Shown in pieces: positions 24,905 to 30,764 of a DNA stretch of 32,000 nucleotides. The translations under genes were made by a program, and so were the position numbers. The notes under the pieces are model-generated. The model did no database searches. It was not told the DNA's origin and saw nothing but the letters and a program-made list of their open reading frames with translations. Source of the DNA: Candidatus Saccharimonadota bacterium (GTDB lineage Bacteria; Patescibacteriota; Saccharimonadia; Saccharimonadales; Saccharimonadaceae); contig CP011211.1 of assembly GCA_001029695.1 (NCBI GenBank), forward strand, positions 510,001 to 542,000, in the 5' to 3' direction. Position 1 is the first letter of the stretch. Each line of letters begins with the position of its first letter.

Positions 24905-26278
24905 ATGGCAAAAAAATCTACTTACGACTACGACCTCATCGTGATTGGGAGCGGTGCTGGCGGCAGCGCTGCTGCGACTATAGCTGCTCGCGAGGGTAAA
25001 CGAGTCGCTATTGTTGAGGCATCAGTCTTTGGAGGCGAGTCACCAAACTGGGGAGACGTCCCGACTAAGGCGCTTCTCCACGCCGCTCAGCTCTACGAAG
25101 AAGCCAAACATGGAGCTCGCTTTGGCATTCGCTCTTCGATGCTCAGCTATAATTTTCCGAGTCTCACTGCGTGGAAAGAGCTCGTCGTAAAGCGTACTGG
25201 CGCTGGCGGAAACCGTCGCTACTACGAAAACGAAGGTATCGACACCTACCAAAGCGTTGCGCACTTTTTAAGCCCTCATGAGATCAGTATCGGACGACGA
25301 CATCTTTCTGCTGAGTATTTTATCATCGCCACGGGCTCACACCTGGTACCGCCAGCTATCCTCGGTCTTGATACTGTAAAGTACCTCACTCCTCGCAACA
25401 TTCATACTGTCATGCGCCCACCGAAGACGCTGTATGTCATCGGTGGCGGGCAAACCGGCGTCGAGCTTGCTCAACTCATGGCGATTCTCGGAACAAAAGT
25501 ATACATCGCCGACATCGCTAGTCGTCTCCTCCCGGGTGAAGATGCCGAAGCTGGAGAAATGCTGGCTAAGATTCTTCACGAGCAAAAAGGCGTCACCGTC
25601 CTCACTCAAACACGAACCCTCTCTGTAGAGAAGGAAAACATCGCAAAGCGCGTCACCTACACTCGCGGTGGTGTCGAGAAGTCACTACGTGTCGATGAAG
25701 TGCTCGTCGCGACCGGCCGCCAACCTTCAGTCGACCTAGGCCTTGAAAACGCAGGCGTAGAGTACACACCAAAAGGTATCGAAGTAAATGAATACCTACA
25801 GACGACAGCGAAACATATTTTTGCTGCTGGTGATGTCCTTGGCCACCAAAGCTACACTCATACAGCATTACTCGAAAGCCGCATCGCTGCAAACAATATC
25901 TTAAGCAAAAACAAGGCAACACCTGACTACACCGCAACACCACGACTTATCTTTACTTATCCAGGAGTAGCATCGGTTGGGTTTAGTGAAGATGACTGCC
26001 TCAAGCGTGATCTTGCTATCAAAACTGCGATCGCTCCGCTCAATATTATCACCAGGAGCAACGCCTCTGACTTCCGTGATGGTTTCGTAAAGCTCATCAC
26101 CGATAAAAAAGGTGTTCTACTCGGAGCCACTATCGTAGCACCTCATGCAGGGGAGTTGATCCACGAACTCGCCCTCGCACTCAAACACGGCATGACCGCC
26201 AACGACATCGCCATCACCCCCCACGCTTTCTTGAGCTGGAGTGAAGCAATTCGTGTCGCTGCTGCGAAATTAAGCTAA
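24905..26278 (+). CDS. Class I pyridine nucleotide-disulfide oxidoreductase homologue (dihydrolipoyl dehydrogenase-like) lacking the redox-active cysteine pair
   Basis: The FAD motif is DLIVIGSGAGGSAAA and the NAD motif is LYVIGGGQTGVELA. It also has FAAGDV and the C-terminal dimerisation region ITPHAFLSWSE. The site aligned to GGxCLNxGCxPSK reads GGESPNWGDVPTK. GAGGAG SD is present, and a TTGACC...TGcTATAAA promoter lies upstream. Confidence 0.85.
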   Translation: MAKKSTYDYDLIVIGSGAGGSAAATIAAREGKRVAIVEASVFGGESPNWGDVPTKALLHAAQLYEEAKHGARFGIRSSMLSYNFPSLTAWKELVVKRTGAGGNRRYYENEGIDTYQSVAHFLSPHEISIGRRHLSAEYFIIATGSHLVPPAILGLDTVKYLTPRNIHTVMRPPKTLYVIGGGQTGVELAQLMAILGTKVYIADIASRLLPGEDAEAGEMLAKILHEQKGVTVLTQTRTLSVEKENIAKRVTYTRGGVEKSLRVDEVLVATGRQPSVDLGLENAGVEYTPKGIEVNEYLQTTAKHIFAAGDVLGHQSYTHTALLESRIAANNILSKNKATPDYTATPRLIFTYPGVASVGFSEDDCLKRDLAIKTAIAPLNIITRSNASDFRDGFVKLITDKKGVLLGATIVAPHAGELIHELALALKHGMTANDIAITPHAFLSWSEAIRVAAAKLS

Positions 26279-26436
26279 CCCTCCCACTCCCCTACTCTCT
26301 TTTTATATAGTATTTTTGACTTAGTACTTTATTTATGTTAATGTAACTCTACATCATGAACAGTGATTCAATTGATTCATGAAGCACCTCTCTCGCGGAA
26401 ACACATAAGTACGCGAGAATAATTTGAGGAGTATCG

Positions 26437-26853
26437 ATGGACATCGCGCAAGCAATTAGCTGCACCCATACCACCATCCACGTCCTACCTGAGGCCACAC
26501 CAATGATTGACCCAAAAAAGGTGTCGCCCACACACCACCTCAACCCCGTACGGCAACTTGGCGCTAGTCATTCGTTTGTTGCAGAAATATTTGCATACGA
26601 TAGGTCTGCTGCCGCGATTCTGTGCAGCGAGCTCGAAAAACAAACTAAGGGTATTCCCGTTTCGATCTGGAAGGAGCTACGGGACGGTGGTACCTATGAG
26701 ATTCAGATACGCTACAGACTCCCCGCTCAGGCTGACGACTTTACAGACCTTTCCGGAGGCGCTGGTTTCGTTGATAGGATCATAGCATCGCTCTACAGGG
26801 CAGTTCGAGCAGTCAATCATCAGGCAGAAGAAAGGATGAGCGTGCCGCTGTAG
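26437..26853 (+). CDS. Hypothetical protein (138 aa)
   Basis: GAGGAG lies 5 nt upstream. A TTGACT-17-TAATGT promoter candidate sits near 26318-26346. A double hairpin lies downstream. No family recognised. Confidence 0.5.
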   Translation: MDIAQAISCTHTTIHVLPEATPMIDPKKVSPTHHLNPVRQLGASHSFVAEIFAYDRSAAAILCSELEKQTKGIPVSIWKELRDGGTYEIQIRYRLPAQADDFTDLSGGAGFVDRIIASLYRAVRAVNHQAEERMSVPL

Positions 26854-26865
26854 CCCCACCTAATC

Positions 26866-26903
26866 ATGGGCTGGGACTAAGTTGCTATTTGGTCCCAGCC
26901 CAT
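26866..26903. other. 12-bp perfect inverted repeat hairpin
   Basis: ATGGGCTGGGAC (26866-26877) pairs with GTCCCAGCCCAT (26892-26903) around a 14-nt loop. It lies directly after the 26437-26853 stop. Confidence 0.4.
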
Positions 26904-26915
26904 TGTTCACTCCAC

Positions 26916-26942
26916 ACACCCCGCAAGTCGGGGTGTTTTTTA
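26916..26942 (+). terminator. Rho-independent terminator
   Basis: ACACCCCG-caagt-CGGGGTGT is followed by TTTTTT. Confidence 0.75.
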
Positions 26943-26958
26943 TACAAGGTCAACTCTC

Positions 26959-27510
26959 TTAGATACGCTCAGCGAGAGATAAAAGCTTTTTTAACTTCAT
27001 GAGCCGTCGCCAGCTATAGATCTCCGAAGCTACCATCAAACATATAACACTTATCATGAGGATCGTCATGATAATCGTCGGCGATAAAACTATAGACACC
27101 CCAAGAAGTACTGCCGTAAAAACATACCGAGCAATAACCATCCACCACTCACCACCCCTGGCGCGTGCGAGTCTTTCATGCTGTTTGATGATAAATTCAA
27201 GATAACGAACAAACTCCTTTTTCTCTCTCACCGTTTTTGGTACTTGCGTACGCCGAATAAGCGCATCAAAATTCCCTTTACGGCCTTCGCGCGTTTCGCT
27301 GTGTATCTCAGCCTCTCGCCTACAGCTTGGGTAAAAAATAAGCGCCATAAATACAGCTGCCGCCAAGCTGGTCACCAAAGGATCATGCTGAGGACTTTCC
27401 ACAAAAAACCTAAAAGTAAGATTATAAAGAAGTACAAGCACTATTGTCAGTAATGCCGTGTAGAGAATCGGCGAACAAACAATCTTTTCATATAAACTGC
27501 GAATAAACAT
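26959..27510 (-). CDS. Hypothetical membrane protein (183 aa, about 4 TM)
   Basis: Two hydrophobic helix pairs flank a basic cytoplasmic loop (REGRKGNFDALIRRTQVPKTVREKKEF). No family recognised. Confidence 0.5.
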   Translation of the reverse strand: MFIRSLYEKIVCSPILYTALLTIVLVLLYNLTFRFFVESPQHDPLVTSLAAAVFMALIFYPSCRREAEIHSETREGRKGNFDALIRRTQVPKTVREKKEFVRYLEFIIKQHERLARARGGEWWMVIARYVFTAVLLGVSIVLSPTIIMTILMISVICLMVASEIYSWRRLMKLKKLLSLAERI

Positions 27511-27740
27511 CTATATTAGAGTATCATAACGAGGTTTGTGTAAGCCGATATCTATAAAATATTTTATAACCAAGTATACCTAGATTAGAGCCTTATCTGT
27601 GGGAAGACATTGCGCTGGAAAGAATTATATAGGGGTCGTATCAATAGTTAAGTAGATAGCAGAGTGGAATTAGGGTACTGATAAAAAACCAAGAATTAAT
27701 TATGACGATCAGAACCAATCTCATTTGGGTTATCGGGATC

Positions 27741-27773
27741 AAAAAACAGTGACAATGAGACAACTCTCATCAC
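27741..27773 (-). terminator. Rho-independent terminator for the 53-aa ORF
   Basis: The minus strand reads GTGATGAGA-gttg-TCTCATtgTCAC followed by tgTTTTTT. It starts 33 nt after the stop at 27806. Confidence 0.5.
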
Positions 27774-27805
27774 CATATTGCGGCTCACCTCATGGAGACA
27801 TAATC

Positions 27806-27967
27806 TCAATAGATACGCCAGCGTCGCTCTGAAGTGCGCACCACACCTTTTACGCAGTATACGCCATCTTCATTTATAGCTTCAGTAGGCTTGTTAGCAT
27901 ATTCCTCTGTTGATAGATCTAGTTTTTCGCATTGAACTGACTGTGTTTGTTTTGGCTCTGTAATCAT
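27806..27967 (-). CDS. Possible 53-aa protein (below the ORF-track cutoff) with its own promoter and terminator
   Basis: My translation is MITEPKQTQSVQCEKLDLSTEEYANKPTEAINEDGVYCVKGVVRTSERRWRIY. TGaTAATAT (extended -10, minus strand, 27982-27974) sits exactly 6 nt before the ATG, and there is no SD. A terminator lies at 27741-27773. Confidence 0.4.
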   Translation of the reverse strand: MITEPKQTQSVQCEKLDLSTEEYANKPTEAINEDGVYCVKGVVRTSERRWRIY

Positions 27968-28008
27968 TGTTAAATATTATCATAATCAATAAAGTATTAA
28001 GGAATGAA

Positions 28009-28045
28009 AGCACCCTCGTTCGAGGGGCTCCCATTTCCGGGTGCT
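28009..28045 (-). terminator. GC-rich structured terminator region after the GC-rich cassette
   Basis: AGCACCC (28009-28015) pairs with GGGTGCT (28039-28045), enclosing an inner CCCTCG/CGAGGG hairpin. On the minus strand a T-rich tract (ctttcattcc) follows. Confidence 0.4.
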
Positions 28046-28075
28046 CTCCTCTCCTGAGGGTGTTGTTGGAGGTGC

Positions 28076-28216
28076 TCAGCCGATGGTAATATCGGCTCGC
28101 TTGATGTTCCACCCACACGTTGTGCAAGTGTGACCCTCGACCATGTCCCCGAAGATCATGTCTTCACGCGGGTGGCCAAAGATCTCGTGCTTGATCCTCT
28201 TGAGCATACGCTTCAT
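28076..28216 (-). CDS. 46-aa GC-rich ORF (MKRMLKRIKHEIFGHPREDMIFGDMVEGHTCTTCGWNIKRADITIG), either a separate gene or the frameshifted C-terminus of the upstream ORF
   Basis: G/C-ending codon bias continues in this frame. Its ATG lies 5 nt after the upstream TGA with no SD. The track's longer 70-aa version overlaps the upstream ORF. Confidence 0.35.
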   Translation of the reverse strand: MKRMLKRIKHEIFGHPREDMIFGDMVEGHTCTTCGWNIKRADITIG

Positions 28217-28221
28217 AAGGA

Positions 28222-28668
28222 TCAGCCGACCTGGTACCGCTTGCGGAGGTTGTCCTCCTTGAGGACGCCGACCTCGCCGTGCGGCCACTTTGCTAACCAG
28301 TCACCGTCGGAGATCGTGTTCTCAGTCTCGATGGTTCCATCGCTGAGTACGGTCGTGACGCGGGCATCGGGTCCGCGGTACTGGTACGCGTCGATGGGCG
28401 TGTTCTTGAAGTACCCGTTCTCCATCTCGTCGGTGGTTCCGTGGCTTTCGTCGAACTCTTGCTTGGCCGATCCGTAGGCGACGTTGCCGTCGACATAGAT
28501 GGCGTACCAGGGGCCGACGAACTTCTGCAGCTCACCCCACTCGGCTTTGATGATGGTCTCGACTCCATCGGGCACCGGGACCAGCACGGCCTGCTTCACC
28601 ACGCGGAGCGGCAGGTACGACTGGGCCAGGGTCTCGTCGAACGTGACCTGGGTCATCTGAGCAGACAT
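28222..28668 (-). CDS. Hypothetical protein (148 aa) with strongly GC3-biased, foreign-looking codon usage
   Basis: A tandem SD (GAGGAGAAGAGGAG) lies 5 nt before ATG 28668. Nearly every codon ends in G or C. The overlapping ORFs in other frames and on the other strand are typical high-GC shadows. No family recognised. Confidence 0.65.
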   Translation of the reverse strand: MSAQMTQVTFDETLAQSYLPLRVVKQAVLVPVPDGVETIIKAEWGELQKFVGPWYAIYVDGNVAYGSAKQEFDESHGTTDEMENGYFKNTPIDAYQYRGPDARVTTVLSDGTIETENTISDGDWLAKWPHGEVGVLKEDNLRKRYQVG

Positions 28669-28711
28669 GTTAACTCCTCTTCTCCTCTTGTCGAGTGGAG
28701 AATATCTCGGA

Positions 28712-28733
28712 ATTCTAACTTATAAGTTAGAAT
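28712..28733. promoter_or_regulatory. 22-bp perfect palindrome ATTCTAACTTATAAGTTAGAAT (candidate operator)
   Basis: It is fully self-complementary. It sits between the predicted -10 (28749-28744) and the SD of the GC-rich gene, at roughly +5 to +30 of the transcript. It is flanked by a GAATATC direct repeat. Confidence 0.55.
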
Positions 28734-28743
28734 ATCAGTCTAT

Positions 28744-28772
28744 ATATTAGCATAATTAATATATATTGTCAA
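28744..28772 (-). promoter_or_regulatory. Sigma-70-type promoter TTGACA-17-TAATAT for the GC-rich cassette
   Basis: On the minus strand, TTGACA is at 28772-28767, followed by a 17-nt spacer and TAATAT at 28749-28744. Confidence 0.5.
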
Positions 28773-28807
28773 TACACATACAGTTAGCAAAGTAGCCAGT
28801 TGGGACG

Positions 28808-28833
28808 AAAAAAACCTCTGAAATAACAGAGGT
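28808..28833 (-). terminator. Rho-independent terminator after tRNA-fMet
   Basis: The minus strand reads ACCTCTG-ttattt-CAGAGGT followed by TTTTTTT, 12 nt after the tRNA CCA end. Confidence 0.7.
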
Positions 28834-28844
28834 GAAAATTCATA

Positions 28845-28922
28845 TGGTTGCGGGGGTAGGATTCGAACCTACGACCTTGTGGTTATGAGCCACACGAGCT
28901 GACCAGACTGCTCCACCCCGCG
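28845..28922 (-). tRNA. Initiator tRNA-fMet (anticodon CAT), CCA encoded
   Basis: The minus-strand sequence is CGCGGGGTGGAGCAGTCTGGTCAGCTCGTGTGGCTCATAACCACAAGGTCGTAGGTTCGAATCCTACCCCCGCAACCA. It has the C1xA72 mismatch typical of bacterial initiators. It is near-identical to E. coli tRNA-fMet in the acceptor and T arms, as I recall that sequence. Confidence 0.9.
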
Positions 28923-28972
28923 ATACAGATACAATAGTAACAGATATAAACGCAAGTGACAAGACTAGAGTA

Positions 28973-29437
28973 TTAGCTAGAAGTGTTTTTTGATCCACCC
29001 CCACTGCCGCCAAATAGAAAATTAAGCCATTCTTGAAGCTCACCTTGCTCTTCGGTCGCCACCTGCTTTCCAGTAAGCTTCTCATCCTGCTGCTTGTCGT
29101 ACAACTCTGCTGCCGGTGAGTTCGGAGGTAAGATCACTACCTTCTCGCCCTTATCTACAAGTCCAAGTCGAGTACGCACCTCGAGAGCCTTATACTCTTC
29201 GCTCTTATAGTACTTCTGCTCGTACGCTAGATTCTCTGCCTCAAGCTCAACAAGTTGCTGTTGGCGCTTTTTGTCATCTACTTCACGCTGCAGGCTATAG
29301 TTACGTTGCACAACGCCCACTGAGGCCCATGCCCAGCTGATTGCTAGCAGAGCAGCAATCACCACGACAACGTTATTAATCGTCATGTAGCGGTGACGTA
29401 CAAGGTATAAAAATCGTTTTATGCGTATGTTTTGCAT
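28973..29437 (-). CDS. Septum formation initiator family protein (FtsB/DivIC-like)
   Basis: It has a single N-terminal TM (VVVVIAALLAISWAWASVGVV) followed by a coiled coil (LQREVDDKKRQQQLVELEAENLAYEQKY...). It then has EVRTRLGLVDKGEKVVIL, typical of the family. Start trimmed to ATG 29437, with AAGGGA SD and TATAAT upstream. Confidence 0.65.
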   Translation of the reverse strand: MQNIRIKRFLYLVRHRYMTINNVVVVIAALLAISWAWASVGVVQRNYSLQREVDDKKRQQQLVELEAENLAYEQKYYKSEEYKALEVRTRLGLVDKGEKVVILPPNSPAAELYDKQQDEKLTGKQVATEEQGELQEWLNFLFGGSGGGSKNTSS

Positions 29438-29484
29438 CGTGTTCCCTTTATTATACCGCAAGTCATGATAAAATAGTCAGAGCT

Positions 29485-29560
29485 GGGGGCGTAGCTCATC
29501 GGTTAGAGCAGGCGGCTCATAACCACTTGGTAGTTGGTTCGATTCCAACCGCCCCCACCA
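29485..29560 (+). tRNA. tRNA with CAT anticodon, probably tRNA-Ile2 (lysidine-modified, TilS substrate), CCA encoded
   Basis: The sequence is GGGGGCGTAGCTCATCGGTTAGAGCAGGCGGCTCATAACCACTTGGTAGTTGGTTCGATTCCAACCGCCCCCACCA. The stretch AGAGCAGGCGxCTCATAA..CTTGGT and a G27-U43 pair resemble E. coli ileX as I recall it. The tRNA call is firm, but the Ile2-versus-Met identity is tentative. Confidence 0.8.
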
Positions 29561-29569
29561 GATTAAAAT

Positions 29570-29594
29570 GACGAGTTTGATGCTCGTCTTTTTT
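29570..29594 (+). terminator. Rho-independent terminator after the tRNA
   Basis: GACGAG-tttgatg-CTCGTC is followed by TTTTTT. Confidence 0.75.
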
Positions 29595-29697
29595 ATATTT
29601 CTACCTTCACTAGAACTTGCCTTATATTACATAATATGCTATTGTATTACTCAGAGTTCTGAAATCCTACACATCACCCACACCATTAGGAGATCTC

Positions 29698-30081
29698 GTG
29701 TCACGTTCAGCAACTTGCACACCCGCAAACAGCGTCTCTCTGAATCGACATCATCGTGGATTCAAAATGCTCCTGGATGATCATTCAACACTTACCAGTG
29801 AACTGAAGCAGTTTCACGATGGACACATCCAGCTTACGAGTAAAGAGATCGCCAGTAAAAAAGTGCTCGAGGCCACTATCGGAGCGGTTATCCATGCCTC
29901 CGAACACAAGAATAAGCTTGTGGAGCTGAGTCAGAATGATATCTTCGGCACCGTCAACGAGCACTTCGACAAGCTTCCCCGCGGGACATTGCTTTTTCCT
30001 TCTAAATTCGAAAGAGAAAAGCTTATACTCACCGCGTGGCAACATATTGTCGCCACCGTCTCACCCCACTCAACCAGCTAG
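29698..30081 (+). CDS. Hypothetical protein (127 aa)
   Basis: The GTG start at 29698 has AGGAG 5 nt upstream. A terminator lies downstream. No family recognised. Confidence 0.5.
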   Translation: MSRSATCTPANSVSLNRHHRGFKMLLDDHSTLTSELKQFHDGHIQLTSKEIASKKVLEATIGAVIHASEHKNKLVELSQNDIFGTVNEHFDKLPRGTLLFPSKFEREKLILTAWQHIVATVSPHSTS

Positions 30082-30104
30082 CAGTTCTCGCCATCACGGC
30101 TCGA

Positions 30105-30139
30105 AGAACCCCACAGCTGCGTTATGTGGGGTTCTTTTA
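30105..30139 (+). terminator. Rho-independent terminator
   Basis: AGAACCCCACA-gctgcgtta-TGTGGGGTTCT is followed by TTTAATTT. Confidence 0.7.
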
Positions 30140-30145
30140 ATTTAT

Positions 30146-30586
30146 CTACATGTCTATTAGGGGTACATAGCCCTCAGGAAGCGCATTGCGTGCCTTTAGG
30201 TCTTTTTCGCGCTTTTCAATCTGAGCTCGAAGTCGTGCTGCAGCTAGCGACTCGTGGTTTGGATCATTTAGCAAAGCAGTGAGGTCATTGCGAAGTGTGT
30301 TGAGACCCTCAAGAGATCGCGCATCCATGTTTTGATGTAACTGTCTTATTTCATCTTTAGTGACTGGTGACAGATAATCATCAATGCCGCTTAGGTGTGA
30401 TTCTTGTCCAGTCTTGGGGTCGCCACTTTCAAACGGTCTGCGAGTATATCGTATTGCACGATGGCCGATCTGCCTTTGTCCACTCGCATTTCGGCTTGAG
30501 CGCAGCTGATCTAGCATATCGGTATCGTGCGTGTCGATATAGCCAGAATCTACATAGGTGTTTTGCGGAACTTCACGTTCTGTCAT
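30146..30586 (-). CDS. Hypothetical protein (146 aa), probably leaderless
   Basis: The ORF has a coiled-coil-like C-terminus. Its ATG lies 6 nt downstream of an extended -10, and there is no SD. No family recognised. Confidence 0.55.
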   Translation of the reverse strand: MTEREVPQNTYVDSGYIDTHDTDMLDQLRSSRNASGQRQIGHRAIRYTRRPFESGDPKTGQESHLSGIDDYLSPVTKDEIRQLHQNMDARSLEGLNTLRNDLTALLNDPNHESLAAARLRAQIEKREKDLKARNALPEGYVPLIDM

Positions 30587-30592
30587 TTTATC

Positions 30593-30621
30593 ATTATACC
30601 ATAATATATACTATTAATCAA
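30593..30621 (-). promoter_or_regulatory. Promoter TTGATT-17-TGgTATAAT positioned for a leaderless transcript
   Basis: On the minus strand, TTGATT is at 30621-30616, followed by a 17-nt spacer and TATAAT at 30598-30593 preceded by TG. ATG 30586 follows after 6 nt. Confidence 0.5.
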
Positions 30622-30637
30622 TATCGTTATGTCTATC

Positions 30638-30676
30638 AAAAAAGCCCCTAGGGCGATTTGCGCATCCCTTGGGGGC
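30638..30676 (-). terminator. GC-clamped hairpin with a T6 tract on the minus strand (second terminator in tandem, or the 3' end of a small RNA)
   Basis: GCCCCTAGGG (30644-30653) pairs with CCCTTGGGGGC (30666-30676). AAAAAA lies at 30638-30643 on the plus strand, which is TTTTTT after the hairpin on the minus strand. Confidence 0.45.
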
Positions 30677-30764
30677 CGTTTTGGCACCTGTTTGTTTGAT
30701 ACGAGTGTACCATCAAATACGCTTACGCTGCAAGCACTTTTTATCCACAGTTTACCTGACATAC

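Noticed and set aside
27894-28127. 77-aa minus-strand ORF (MHNVWVEHQASRYYHRL...).
   Set aside because: It starts inside the 46-aa GC-rich ORF in another frame, then crosses the terminator hairpins and the AT-rich promoter of the 53-aa unit. It has no start signals.
28130-28725. Plus-strand ORFs of 115 aa and 94 aa, plus a 91-aa alternate minus frame, inside the GC-rich cassette.
   Set aside because: Stop-poor shadow frames are expected in 60-70% GC DNA. Only the 28222-28668 frame shows third-position G/C bias with a strong SD and promoter.
26850-28844. Search for a direct repeat of the tRNA-fMet 3' end (att-type duplication), or an integrase, that would delimit an integrated element.
   Set aside because: By eye I found no copy of the tRNA 3' segment (…GGATTCGAACC…CCGCAACCA) and no recombinase-like ORF. 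I therefore describe a foreign cassette, not a defined mobile element. A computed repeat search could overturn this.
29568-29780. 70-aa plus-strand ORF (MTSLMLVFFIFLPSLELALYY...).
   Set aside because: It begins inside the tRNA terminator hairpin and spans the AT-rich promoter region of the next gene. It also overlaps the better-supported GTG 29698 ORF in another frame.
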